This document shows, piece after piece, positions 1-12,110 of a stretch of DNA of 64,000 nucleotides; the stretch's first letter is position 1; every line of letters begins with the position of its first letter. The stretch is from Scyliorhinus canicula (Eukaryota). The position numbers and the translations under genes were made by a program. The notes under the pieces are model-generated. The model was not told where the DNA came from. It made no database searches and worked only from the letters and a program-made list of their open reading frames with translations. The DNA lies in assembly GCF_902713615.1 (NCBI RefSeq), contig NC_052149.1, positions 3,276,623 through 3,340,622 on the forward strand, in the 5' to 3' direction.

Positions 1-101
1 GAACGTGCAGACTCCACACAGACAGTGACCCAAGCCGGGAATCGAACACGGTTCTGGCACTGTGAAGCAACAGTGCTAACCACTGTGCTACCGTGCTGCC
101 C
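1..101 (-). mobile_element. tRNA-derived V-SINE (HE1-like), 5' head
   Basis: Reverse complement reads GGGCAGCACGGTAGCACAGTGGTTAGCACTG...GTTCGATTCCCGG (Pol III A/B boxes), shared with many copies in the window. Confidence 0.85.
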
Positions 102-134
102 AGCCCTTCCGATTTCTCCCACTTCCCAAATGGG

Positions 135-1853
135 AACATAGAATATTGAATATAGAACAGTACAGCACAGTACAGTACAAGCCCTTCAGCCCACGATGTT
201 GTGCCGATCATTTATCCTAATCTAAGATCAACCTAACCTACACCCCTTCAATTTACTGCTGTCCATGTGCCTGGCTAAGAGTCGCTTAAATGTCCCTAAT
301 GACTCTGACTCCACCACCTCAGCTGGCAGTGCATTCCACACACCCACCACTCTCTGTGTAAGGAACCTACCTCTGACATCTCCCCTATACCTTCCTCCAA
401 TCACCTTAAAATTATGTCCCCTCGTGACAGCCATTTCCACCCTGGGGAAAAGTCTCTGGCTATCCACTCTATCCATGCCTCACATCACCTTGTACACCTC
501 TATCAAGTCACCTCTCTGCCTTCTTCGCTCCAGTGAGAAAAGCCCCAACTCCCTCAACCTTTCTTCATAAGACATGCCCTCCAGTCCAGGCAGCATCCTG
601 GTAAATCTCCTCTGTGCCCTCTCCAAAGCATCCACATCCTTCCTATAATGAGGCGACCAGAACTGGACACAATATTCCAAGTGTGGTCTAACTAGGGTTT
701 AATAAAGCTGCAGCAAAACCTCACGGCTTTTAAACTCAATCCCCCTGTTAATGAAAGCCAACACAACATACGCCTTCTTAACTACCCTATCAACCTGGGT
801 GGCAACTTTGAGGGATCTTTGTACGTGGACCCCAAGATCCCTCTGTTCCTCCACACTTCCAAGAATCCTGCCTTTAACCCTGTATTCAGCATTCAAATTC
901 AACCTTCCAAAATGAATCACTTCACATTTATCAAGGTTGAACTCCACCTGCCACTTCTCAGCCCAGCTCTGCATCCTGTCAATGTCCTGTTGTAACCTGC
1001 AACAACCCTCAACACTATCTACAACTCCACCAACTTTCGTGTCATTGGCAAACTTACTAACCCACCCTTCCACTTCCTCATCCAAGTCATTTATAATCCT
1101 ATATCTCAGAATCCTTTCCAATAATTTGCTCACCAGACGTAAGACTGACTGGTCTGTAATTCCCAGGGATTTCCCTATTCCCTTTCTTGAACAGGGGAAC
1201 AACATTTGCCTCCCTCCAATCATCTGGTACTACTCCAGTGGAGAGTGAGAACGCAAATATCATCGCCAATGGCGCAGCAATCTCCTCCCTCCCTTCCCGT
1301 AGTTACCTTGGGTATATCCCGTCAGGCCCAGGGGACTTATCTATCCTGATGCTTTTCAAAATTTCAAGCACATCCTCCTTCTTAATATCAACCTGTTTGA
1401 GTCTATTAACCTGGTTCACACTGTTCTCATGGGCAACAAGGTCTCTCTCTCCAGTGAATACTGAAGCAAAGTATTCATTTAGGACATCCCCCATCTCCTC
1501 AGACTCTCGGCACAAGTTCCCTCCACTATCCCTGTTCGGCCCTATTCTCACTCTGATCATCCTCTTATTTCTCACATAAGTGTAGAACGCCTTGGGTTTT
1601 CCCTAATCTTTCCCGCCAGGGCTTTTTCATGCCCCCTTCTAGTTCTCCTCAGTCCATTTTTGAGTTCCTTCCTGGCTACCTTGTAACCCTGGAGAGCCGA
1701 GTCAGATCCTTTCTTCCTCAACCTTACGTAAGCTTCCATCTACCTCTTGACTAGAAGCTCCACTTCTCTTGACATACAAGGCTCCTTCACCTTACCATTC
1801 CTTCCTGTCTCAGTGGGACAAAACTATCCAACACTCGCAGCAAGTGCTCCTTA
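135..1853 (-). mobile_element. CR1-type LINE, 5'-truncated and decayed, with an internal deletion near 1095
   Basis: ORF fragments [40 protein letters not shown]; 3' tail (TGTTCTA-like repeats) at ~135-175. Confidence 0.9.
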
Positions 1854-1855
1854 GT

Positions 1856-2477
1856 GGGCAGCACGGTAGCATTGTGGATAGCATAATTGCTTCACAGCTC
1901 CAGGGTCCCAGGTTCGATTCCGGCTTGGGTCACTGTCTGTACGGAGTCTGCACATCCTCCCTGTGTGCGCGTGGGTTTCCTCCGGGTGCTCCGGTTTCCT
2001 CCCACAGTCCAAAGATGTGCAGGTTAGGTGGATTGGCCATGCTAAATTGCCCTTAGTGTCCACAATTGCCCTTAATGTTGGGTTACTGGGTTATGGGGAT
2101 AGGGTGGAGGCGTTGACCTTAGATAGGGTACTCTTTCCAAGAGCCGGTGCAGACTTGATGGGCCGAATGGCCTTCTTCTGCACTGTAAATTCTATGAAAA
2201 TTCTATGATTAAACACGTCCTGCACGTCCTCCCTGTGTGTGCGTGGGTTTTCTCCGGGTGCTCCGGTTTCCTCCCACAGTCCAAAGATGTGCGGGTTAGG
2301 TGGATTGGCCATGCTAAATTGCCCGTAGTGTCCTAATAGTAAGGTTAAGGGGGGGAGTTGTTGGGTTACGGGTATAGGGTGGATACTTGGGTTTGAGTAG
2401 GGTGATCATTGCTCGGCACAACATCGAGGGCCGAAGGGCCTGTTCTGTGCTGTACTGTTCTATGTTCTATGTTCTAT
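1856..2477 (+). mobile_element. Two adjacent V-SINEs (1856-2208 full length; ~2214-2477 5'-truncated) with different 3' tails
   Basis: tRNA-like head plus core GGGTTTCCTCCGGGTGCTCCGGTTTCCTCCCACAGTCCAAAGATGTG; tails ...GTAAATTCTATG and ...GTACTGTTCTATGTTCTATG. Confidence 0.85.
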
Positions 2478-2479
2478 AA

Positions 2480-2903
2480 TCCCCACATTACTGTTGTGCA
2501 TTTCCCCAAGACCAATTGTTCTCACTTTATGCTCCTCAACTCCTGTCGAGTGGCAGTATAATTTCCCCTCCCCCAATTAAATACCTTCCCATACTATCAT
2601 GCCTGCTGTTTGACCTTTCACATCTTTTGTTCTCTCTGGGGACTTCCATTAACACTCTTTCCCCTTGGTTTCTGTGGCCATTAGCAACCGGTTTCCCTGG
2701 GTTTCTGTGGCTATGACTCATCTTTCATTCTCACTCCACAGTATAAATATTTCTCACTTTCTCTGTCTGTTAGCTTTGACAAAGAGTCATCGGACTCGAA
2801 ACGTTCGCTCTTTTCTCTCCCTACAGTTGCTGCCAGACATGCTGAGGTTTTCCAGCATTTTCTCTTTCGTTTCAGATTCCAGCATCTGCAGTAATTTGCT
2901 TTT
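2480..2903 (+). mobile_element. Probable Penelope-like element terminal fragment with a degenerate hammerhead-like motif
   Basis: TTGACAAA-GAGTC-atcg-GACTC-GAAACGTT...GCTGCCAGACATGCTGAG resembles vertebrate PLE ends; assignment by recall only. Confidence 0.5.
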
Positions 2904-3040
2904 ACCTTCCCATACTGTGTGTTCCTGTCCCTCTCCATGACTGTGGTAAAGGTCAAGGAGTTGTGGTCACTGTCACCGAAATGCTCTCCCACCGAGACAT
3001 CTGAAATCTGGCCTGGTTCGTTGCCGAGCACCAAGTCCAA
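2904..3040 (-). mobile_element. CR1 LINE endonuclease C-terminal fragment
   Basis: LDLVLGNEPGQ...HFGDSDHNSLTF (AP-endonuclease SDH motif). Confidence 0.8.
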
Positions 3041-3327
3041 TGGTCGTTTTCCAGCATTCTGTTCAAGTGTCCAGATATTTGACCATGACAATCATCCAGA
3101 AGCAACCTTATCTCATCCTTAACCCAAATTCCCAGCCTCCTGGCCATTATGCCAGGCTCAAACAGAGTGTGCACAACCTTGCTGTTCTATTTCCCCCTGT
3201 GACAGAGGGAACGTGGAGATGAACGGTTAGTTCATGGTCAAATAGGGAACAAAAGTAACTGTGGATGTTGTCTGATTCTCACAACTTCCAAAATAATTCA
3301 AAACAATATCGCTCTTTTCCTCCTCAC

Positions 3328-3436
3328 CTGAAGACGTGCTTGAGTTCGAGGAGTTCATTGTCTTTAATACACAGATCATCCTCGAGTCTTTCTATCACCG
3401 CAGCATAAGATTCACTCACTTTCTTCTTCCACTCAT
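3328..3436 (-). CDS. TNNI3K: TNNI3K coding exon 2 (109 nt); gene continues beyond the window's left edge
   Basis: cag|ATGAGTGGAAG...GTCTTCAG|gtgagg; translates (D)[35 protein letters not shown], matching the vertebrate TNNI3K N-terminus; phase joins exon 1. Confidence 0.92.
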
Positions 3437-3877
3437 CTGGGGGAAATAATACATTTTACTCAAAATACACTTTTGTTGCCAGTTTTTTTGCTTCCTTCCC
3501 CTTCTGAAGCTGGTGGCTTCTGGCTGGGGTATAATATTTCCCTCTCATATCCCATAGAGAAGGCCAGTCTACACCCACCAACATGCATACTGAAGCCACA
3601 GCATCTTACCCAAGTGACCCAAGCCGGGAATTGAACATGGGGCCCTGGAGCAATGAAGCAACAGTGCTACCGTGCTTCCCTATTTGGCAGGCCAGGTCTA
3701 TGTGCCTGTGCCCACTCACTCAGCCTGTCCAAATCCCGCTGAAGTATCTCTGCATCCTCCTCACAGCTCACCCTCCCACCCAACGTTGTATCATCTGCAA
3801 ATTTGGAGATAATTTAGTTCCCTTGTCCAAATCATTAATATATAATGTGAACAGATGGGGTCCCAGCACAGAACCCA

Positions 3878-4398
3878 ACCTTGGGTCACTGTCTGTGCGG
3901 AGTCTGCACGTTCTCCCCGTGTCTGCGTGGGTTTCCTCCGGGTGCTCCGGTTTCCTCCCACAGTCCAAAGATGTGCAGGTTAGGTGGATTGGCCGTGATA
4001 AATTGCCCTTAGTGTCCACAAAGGTTAGGAGGGGTTACTGGGTTATGGGATTGGGACAGGGAAGTGGATGCTCCATCGGAGAGTCGGTGAGAGTCGATGG
4101 GCCAAATAATGGCCGGGATTCTCCCCCAGCCGGCGGGCGGGCTGTACTGGTGCCAAAGAGCGGCGTGAACCACTCCGGCGTTGGGCTGCCAGGAAGTTGC
4201 GGAATCCTCCACCCTTCCGTAGGGCTAGGCTGTCGGCAAAAAACCGGCACCGGAGAATTCGGCACCCGGCGTCGGAGTGGCAGAGCGTGATTCACCCCCC
4301 CCCCCCCCCCCCCCGCCCCCCCCCCCCGGCGTTTCGTCGACCCAGCGCGGCGGGGGGGGGAATCCCGGCCAGTCTCTTTTTGCACTGTAAAAATTCTA
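3878..4398 (+). mobile_element. V-SINE whose tail is interrupted by a TIR element
   Basis: SINE core at 3880-4010; tail GATGGGCCAAAT...TGCACTGTAAAAATTCTATG split by the insertion at 4111-4370. Confidence 0.75.
4111..4370. mobile_element. Non-autonomous TIR element (MITE-like)
   Basis: Perfect 11-bp TIR GGCCGGGATTC...GAATCCCGGCC; flanks AAT/AGT. Confidence 0.7.
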
Positions 4399-4399
4399 T

Positions 4400-5470
4400 G
4401 CGCGGGTTTCTACGACCCCCCTACCGGGTCGGAGAATCACCGGGGGGGGGGGGGGGCGGCATGAATCCTGCCCCGGCCCCGGGGGGGGGGGGGGGGGGTA
4501 GCCGGTCCGCGGGCAGGGGGGATTTGGCAGAGGCTGCGTGCCCTGGTGGGGGATGATCCGGGTGTGGCGTGCCTGGCCAAAGGGGGGCACTATTTGGCAG
4601 GCCGGGTCCACGTGCAGTCAGCACCATGTTGCACTGCGCAGCCTCTGCAGGCCGCCGTGTTGCAATGCGCAGCCTCTGCAGGCCGCCGTGTTGCCCTGCG
4701 CAGCCTCTGCAGGCCGCCGTGTTGCACTGCGCAGCCTCTGCAGGCCGCCGTGTGCATGCGCAGCCTCTGCAGGCCGCCGTGTTTCAATGCGCAGCCTCTG
4801 CAGGCCGCCGTGTTTCAATGCGCAGCCTCTGCAGGCCGCCGTGTTTCAATGCGCAGCCTCTGCAGGCCGCCGTGTGCATGCGCAGCCTCTGCAGGCCGCC
4901 GTGTTTCAATGCGCAGCCTCTGCAGGCCGCCGTGTTTCAATGCGCAGCCTCTGCAGGCCGCCGTGCGCAGCCTCTGCAGGCCGCCGTGTTTCAATGCGCA
5001 GCCTCTGCAGGCCGCCGTGTTTCAATGCGCAGCCTCTGCAGGCCGCGGTGTTGCACTGCGCAGCCTCTGCAGGCCGCGGTGTTGCACTGCGCAGCCTCTG
5101 CAGGCCGCCGTGTTTCAATGCGCAGCCTCTGCAGGCCGCCGTGTTGCACTGCGCAGCCTCTGCAGGCCGCCGTGCGCAGCCTCTGCAGGCCGCCGTGCGC
5201 AGCCTCTGCAGGCCGCCGTGTTGCACTGCGCAGCCTCTGCAGGCCGCCGTGTTTCAATGCGCAGCCTCTGCAGGCCGCCGTGTGGCACTGCGCAGCCTCT
5301 GCAGGCCGCCGTGTGCATGCGGAGGCCATGGACCCGGCAATTCTCTGGCCGTATCTGCAGGTAAAGCCGGGGGGCTCTGCACTGTGCCTGCCAGCCCCCC
5401 CACCACACGGGGGAATCAGTGGCCAACTTGCGCCGTTTTTTCACTGCCTCCCAAACGGAGAATCCAGCCC
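4400..5470. mobile_element. GC-rich TIR element hosting a minisatellite
   Basis: Ends GCGCGGGTTTCTACGACCCC / GGAGAATCCAGCCC; internal homology to the 43908-44525 copy. Confidence 0.65.
4626..5320. repeat. Minisatellite, ~31-bp unit GCGCAGCCTCTGCAGGCCGCCGTG(TTTCAAT/TTGCACT), ~23 copies
   Basis: Direct tandem periodicity. Confidence 0.95.
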
Positions 5471-6988
5471 CAGGTTTTGAGGGGGTTTGACAGAGTCGAC
5501 GCTGGGAGGACTTTTCCCCTCGTGGGGAAATCTAATTTCAAAATAAGGGGTTGCCTGTTTAAGAGGAAGGTGAGGAGGGCTTGCTGTTTTAGAGTCATAG
5601 AGTTAGTAATAGGGTCGTTATAGCAGAGAAGCAGGCCATTCAGCCCATCAAGTGTATGCCAGTCCTTTGCAGAGTAATTCAGTCAGGCCCAGACACCCAC
5701 TCTATCTCTGTAACCCTGAAAGTTTAGTTGCCCTCAGGAGCACATCCAATTCCCTTTTGAAATCATTGTCTTCGCCAGTCTCGGAGATAACCAGTTCCAC
5801 GTTATTACCACTCATTGTGTAAAAAGGTGCATCCTCATATCTTGCCTAAACCTTTAAGTTGTGATCATTTGTTCCGAATGGGAACAGCTTTTCTCTGTCC
5901 CGACCTTATCTAATCTTCCATAATCTTGTACACATCTATCAACGCTCTCCTCAACCTCCTTCATTCCAAGGAGAAGAACCGCAGGTCCTCCAACTTAATC
6001 TTGTAGCTAAAATCTCTGGAACCATTCCGGTAAACCTCCTTTGTACTCCCTGAAGAGCTTTCAGATCTCCGGTTAGATACGGGACCTCGGTGGGGAAGGT
6101 GCACACGAGGCCGCACGAGGCCCCATTTTCTGCACGGAGATATCCGCTCGCCGGAACCCCTCAGCGCAGCGGGAGATCAGGGCACCGTTTTAAAATGCCG
6201 TCTCAATCTCTCGAGCTCCCAAAGCGACCCCCCCAACCCCCCTCAAGCCCCAACTCTCCATAGGGGGATCCCTTGCCCCCCCCCACAGGCCCTGGCCCAA
6301 TCACTGCTGGCACAATACTGCCAGCTTCTCACCTTGCCCCTACCAGCCTGTCACCCTGGCAGTGCCCCTGCCAACCGGCAGTGCCAACTCATTATCATCT
6401 CAAAGAATTCGAACAAATTTAGCAGGCATGATTTCCCCTTCCTTAAACCATGCTGGCTCTGATTGATAATATTATGTATTTCTAAATGTCCTGCTGTTGC
6501 ATCCGTTATAATGGACCTGTTCCTTTTGAATAGATGTCTTCAGCAATACGCCTGAACCAAGCCTCAAGCCATTCATTAACCCTGTCCCTGTTCAATTTCT
6601 TCTCCGGTTACCACGTGGCTCTGGGTGTCACCCTCTGAGGCCCTTCTTTTTAACCTGCTTTTCAGCTCTTGAAAGTCTGACTGTCGGACATTACCTGTCC
6701 TCTCTTGTGTTTCCCACAACGTCTGAGTCATTCCTTTCCCCCTGCAGAATATTCTCCAACCTCTCCGTGATGTCCTCTATTCACCCTTGCACCCAGGGAG
6801 GCACAGGCCACGCAGGACTCACATAAGGGGTTGTGAATCTTTGGAATTCTCTACCCGAGAGACTTGTGGAGGATGAGTCACTGAATACATTCAAGGCAAA
6901 GATGACCGGAGCTTTGAACAATACGGGAAGCAGGGAAGTGAAGTTGAGGCCAAGATCAGACCAGCCATGATTGGATTGAATAGTGGAG

Positions 6989-7314
6989 CATAGAATCGTA
7001 GAATCCAGACAGTGCACAAGGAGGCCATTTGGCCCATCGAGTCTGCACCGATCCTCTGAAAGAGCATCCTACCCAGACCCACTCCCCCACCCAACCCCTG
7101 TAACTCCCCCTAACCGTTAGACACTAAGGGCAATTGATCACGGTCAATCCACCTAACCTGCGTATCTTTGAACTGTGGGAGGAAACCGGAGCACCTGGAG
7201 GAAACCCACCAGACACGGGGAGAAAGTGCAAACTCCACACAGACAGTTACCCGAGGCCGGATTCGAACCAGGCTCCCTGGCGCTGAGAGGCAGCAGTGCT
7301 AATCACAGTGCCAC
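6989..7314 (-). mobile_element. V-SINE inserted into a CR1 3' tail (~6825-7350)
   Basis: CR1 3'UTR ...GAATAGTGGAGCA resumes as CTCAAGGGGCCGAATGGCCTACTCCTGCT after the SINE. Confidence 0.75.
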
Positions 7315-7696
7315 TCAAGGGGCCGAATGGCCTACTCCTGCTGTTGTACGTGATGTTCTTGGGAAATGGTTATTGGTTTAGCACAGAATGGCCATCACAC
7401 TTGGGCGCCGAAAGCTCAGCAATTTAACCAAATTGCAGAAAAAAGGTATTGATAATCTGGGCGGGAAGTGTGAAAGGGCGGCTGTTGAACGGTAAATATC
7501 AAGGCAGCATTTGACCGAGTATGGCATCAAGGATAAATAATAATACACTACATTCGTTTACTCTCCAACATGCTGGTCACAAAGCTTGAATCCTGCTTCA
7601 CCCACAATATGAGCAAAGGCTGTCCAGGAACAAGGTACTTACAGCTTGAATCGTCACATCAACATTCTTTTCAGTCTCGGGAAGGTTTTGTTTTAC

Positions 7697-7736
7697 CTGT
7701 GCAGGTCTGGTTTGGCCGGGATTTGTAGTTGCCCAT
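7697..7736 (-). CDS. TNNI3K: TNNI3K coding exon 1 (40 nt, MGNYKSRPNQTCT)
   Basis: ATG at 7736; donor ACAG|gtaaaa; peptide matches the known TNNI3K start MGNYKSRPTQTCT; phase-1 join to 3436. Confidence 0.92.
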
Positions 7737-7819
7737 TCTCTTTCTTCTCCTGTTGCTTTTGAGAAAACAGAATCTCACTGCCACTCTCCCTGACAATAAA
7801 AGCGTTTTCCTCAGTGTGA

Positions 7820-7940
7820 GAATGCTGATAGACCAGGCTAAAAATAAACCCAGGCTCTGACTGGAATGTTGGAATACAATCGCAGAGCAAAACAAAGCTC
7901 CCTGTGTCGTACAGGCCTAAAAATCAAAGCAGCAGCTGGG
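7820..7940 (-). promoter_or_regulatory. Candidate cardiac proximal promoter of TNNI3K (GATA, MEF2, M-CAT, E-box)
   Basis: TGATAG 7826-7831; CTAAAAATAA 7838-7847; CTGGAATG (=CATTCCAG) 7861-7868; CAGCTG ~7932; all 90-200 bp upstream of the ATG. Confidence 0.65.
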
Positions 7941-8465
7941 GTCTGTCAATGTCCGAAAATTACCCAGCAACACGTCACAGAATTACCCACTATTTCCACG
8001 TTAGGGAGAGGTCATTCGGTCAAACTTTTTTGTCATTCGATTTTTGGGATGCGATTGTCATCAGCAAGGCCAGCATCTGTTGCCTATTTCTAATTGCTGT
8101 TCGGAAGGTGGTGGTGAACTGCTTTCTTGAACCGCTGCAGTCCCTGAGGTGTAGGTACACCCACTGTGCTGTTAGGGAGTCCCAGGATTTTGACCCAGCG
8201 ACAGTGAAGGAACAGCGATATATTGCCCAGTCAGGATAGTGAGTGGTCGGAGGGGAGCTTGCAGGTGTCCCCATGTGTTTGCTGCACTTTTGCTTCTAGG
8301 TTGTCGAGGTTCTTGGCTTTGAAGGTGTATCAACACCTCTGCCTCTGTCTCCCAATCGTGGGGGGAGTGGAGATGGTAGATGGGGTGCAGGTAAGGCTGT
8401 TTTGTCACGGACGGTATTGAGCTTCTTGTGTTGTTGGATCTGTATTGCCCTTTATTTGTTTATAG

Positions 8466-8768
8466 GCGTTGTGTGGCTGGGCCAGCATTTATTGCCCATC
8501 TCTAATTGCCCTTGAGGGGGCAGTAAAGAATCAACCACATTGCTGTGGGTCTGAAGTCACATGTAGGCCAGACCGGGTAAGGACAGCAGATTTCCTTCTT
8601 CATGAACCAGATTGGTTTTTACAACAATGGTTTCATGGTCATCGTTAGACCTTTAATTCCAAATTTCACCATCTGCAGTGGCGGGATTTGAACCTGGGTC
8701 CCCAGAATATTACCCTGGGTATCTGGTTTACTACCCCAGTGACTATACCACTATGCCACCACCTCCCC
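8466..8768 (-). mobile_element. Deu-SINE-like element (SacSINE1-like)
   Basis: Minus strand GGTGGCATAGTGGTATAGTCACTGG...ACCCAGGTTCAAATCCC...ATGGGCAATAAATGCTGGCCCAGCC; second copy at ~54480-55097. Confidence 0.6.
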
Positions 8769-9159
8769 TAATGCATATCCAGCATCTTTAACATGATGAA
8801 ACTTCCCAAGGTGCTGCACAGGAAATATTAGGTCAAAGTTCAGTCAAAGAGGTAGGTTTTAAAGAGTTTCTTCGAGGAGGAAAGCATCGAAAAGGAGTGG
8901 AGACTTGTTAGCAAGGAGTTCCAGATTTTCGATGCCAAGGCCTCAGAAAGCATGGCTACCATTAGGGAGTGATTAAAATCGGGTATACTCATGAGGCCGG
9001 TATTATCTCATAGAATTTATAGTGCAGAAGGAGGCCATTCGGCACGTCGAATCTGCACTGGCCCTTGGAAAGAGCACCCCACTTAAGCCCACACCTCCAC
9101 CCTAGCCCAGTATACCAGTAACCCCACCTAACCTTTTGGACACAAAGGGCAATATTGAT

Positions 9160-9695
9160 TCTACCAGGTTCACTCAGCTCCTGACCTCATTACAGCCGTG
9201 GCTCAAACATGGACAAAAGAGCTGAACTCAAGAGGTGAGAGTGACTGTCCTTAAAATCAAGGCAGCATTTGACCGAGTGTGGCATCAAGGAGCCCGAGCT
9301 AAACTGGAGTCAATGGGAATCAGGTGGAAATCTCTCCGCTGGTTGGAGTCATACCCGGCACAAAGGAAGATGGTTGTGGTGGTTGGAGGTCAATCATCTC
9401 AGCTCCAGGACATCACTGCAGGAGTTCCTCAGGGTCGTGTCCTCGGCCCAACCATCTTCAGCTGCTTCATCAATGACCTCCCTTCCATCATAAGGTCAGA
9501 AGTGGGGATGTTTATGGATGACTGCTCAATATTCAGCACCATTCGCAATACCTCAGATAATGAAGCAGTCCATGTCCAAATGCAGCAAGATCTAGACGTA
9601 TCCACACAAGTGCCAGGCAACGACCATCTCCAACAAGAGAGGATCTAACCATCGCCCTTGACATTAAATGTTACCATCGCTGACTCTCCAACTAT
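9160..9695 (+). mobile_element. LINE reverse transcriptase fragment (CR1/L2 group)
   Basis: KAAFDRVWHQG...GVPQGRVLGPTIFSCFINDL...MFMDD. Confidence 0.85.
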
Positions 9696-9696
9696 T

Positions 9697-9997
9697 AATA
9701 ATAATAACCTTCATTATTGTCACAAGTAGGCTTACATTAACAATGCAATGAAGTTACTGTGAAAATCCCCTAGTCACCACATTCCGGCGCCTGTTCGGGT
9801 ACACAGAGGGAGAATTCAGAATGTCCAATTCACCCAACAGCACGTCTTTCGGGACTTGTGGGAGGAAACCGGAGCACCCGGAGGAAACCCACGCAGACAC
9901 GGGGCGAACGTGCAGACTCCACACAGTGACCCAAGCCGGGAATCAAACTCTGGCGCTGTTAAGCAACAGTGCTAACCACTGTGCTACCGTGCCGCCC
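9697..9997 (-). mobile_element. V-SINE with ...GCCTACTTGTGACAATAA-type tail
   Basis: Same head and core as other SINEs; same tail at ~32160 and ~44678. Confidence 0.8.
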
Positions 9998-11957
9998 GTA
10001 GTTTCCTGAGGAAGTATAGACGCTGCTGTGCTTTCTTGGTTGCAGCATTGACATGGGTGGACCAGGACAGATTGTTGGTGATGTACACACCTAGGAATTT
10101 GAAGCCTGTAAATTATCTCCACCTCGGCACCATTGATGCTGACTGGAGTATGTATGATACAGAGAGATTGATGAAGGTGTGACTGAGTGCAGGGAGTGAT
10201 ACAGACACCAACAGAGGGAGATAAAAGGGTGTCTTCGTAATTGTGCATTCGCCGAATGGGAACAGTTTAAAAATCCTCCACTCGATGGAATTCTGAAATA
10301 AAATCACTCAACATCTTTGGAGAGGGTAAGAGGATTAACGTTTCAGGGTCAGGGAGACTGAGGGGTGGGAGAGGAGAGAGTAAAGAACAAGAAGGGGTCT
10401 CTGAGAAAGGATGGAAAGGAGGAGTTATTAAGTTGCAAAAGGAATGATTGGACAAATAAACAAAGGAAAAAAGTGTGTGAGGAAGCAGTGGCAACAATAT
10501 CATTACCAACAGCTGCTGCCCAAACACAGTGGAATAAGTAGCTATGATCTGAAATTGTGAAAATCGATGTTGAGTCCAGTAGGTCGGAAAGTATAAGGTT
10601 GAAACAGTTTAATAAAGTTTATATTAACCGTTCCAGCTCTTTGCTGATAGGTGATACAATGCAATGAGGTGAAGGGATCTTCAATGCTTTGTGGGATATA
10701 AATAGAAAGTGAAGAGTTTGACTAAAACAAGGTGGATTTAGTGATTTACACAGAAGTACAGGAAAATACATTTTATTTTAGGAATGTTATCAACTTCAAA
10801 ATAGAATTATAGAATGATACAGCGCAGGAAACGACTCATCCCATCAGCCACTTTCAAAGAACGACCTTAGCCCCTCTCCCCAGCTCTTTCCCCACAGGCC
10901 TGCAGCAAACTTTCCTTTTCAAGTATTGTCGCAATTCTCTTTTGAAAGTTGCAGTTGAATCTATTTCCACGACTCTTCAGACTGTGCGTTCCAGGTCATA
11001 ACGGCTTACTGTTGTTATCATCTGTTTCCTGATCACTGCGCCTCATGCCAGTGGGAATGATGTTCCGACACTCTACGATTGTGAACACCTCAATCAAATC
11101 TCTTCAAGGAGAACAATCCTAGCTTCTCCACGCTTGCCAGGGTTCAAAATATACAGGCACAGCAGGTGAATTTGTCCTTGAAACGTTCCCCCCCCCCCCC
11201 CAAGAAGCCTTGGAACATTAAATCATGGGGGCCACCCTGGTATGTGGGAGGGACAGAATCTAGGAGGAGCTGTTCCTCCAATAAGATTCTGTCTTTCCCA
11301 GGCTGACTGTTACAATCTTTGGTCCCTTCCTCCCACTTGCTGTTCCTCCAGAATCTGATTGGAGCAGCATGGACGGGAGGGAGGGAACCTATGATTGGAG
11401 GAGCTGCAGCAGTAATTCTGACTGGTACCACTGCTGCCATCAGTGATCACTTTGAGAGGAGGCAAACTTTAATTGGGTAAGTGACCTTTGGGTGTAGCCT
11501 AGTCTGCTTTCTCCAGTGCCTGTAAAGCTCACCTCCACATGCATTCTGTTCTGTTGTTAAGGAACAACAGAATCGCTTAATAACTTATTTACTTCTAGTC
11601 TAGTTTTTCTTTTAAATGTGTGTGGGTAAATGAGGCCATTCAGTCTATTTTGCCATTTTACATCCTCCCCATTCTCCTGAGCAAGCCTTGGGTTTTTAAA
11701 AATATATTTCGCAAGGTGGGTGGAAAGAAGCCGCGGGTGTTCAACACAGGAATTTGATCAACCAGGTATTGTGAACTAATTTACTAATCACATATGCCAA
11801 ATTAGAAATCCAGGTTTACATTCTTAACTACTGTTAGTTGCTGGTAAACACTTACAGACAACATCAGGACCCCTGGCCTGAGATGATTTCAGCTGGTGTG
11901 ATGGGCTTTGAATGTAAATCCACATACAATGAGGATCAGAATCCCTGCTCTGCCATT

Positions 11958-12110
11958 AACAGTCTGCACCTATTAACCAAATATACAAAAGCGCTTTATG
12001 AAATTAGCAGCTTCCAATATAACAAGTAAAATGAACAGTCTGCACCTATTAACCAAATATACAGAAGCGCTTTATGAAATTAGCAGTTTCCAATAGAACG
12101 AGTAAAATGA
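11958..12110. repeat. Direct tandem duplication, 76 bp x 2
   Basis: AACAGTCTGCACCTATTAACCAAATATAC...GTAAAATG at 11958 and again at 12034 with a few substitutions. Confidence 0.9.

Noticed and set aside
1856-1935. tRNA genes (A/B-box sequences here and elsewhere)
   Set aside because: They are SINE heads continuing into SINE core and tail; no complete cloverleaf seen
4538-5623. Cys/Ala-rich repetitive ORFs
   Set aside because: Minisatellite translations
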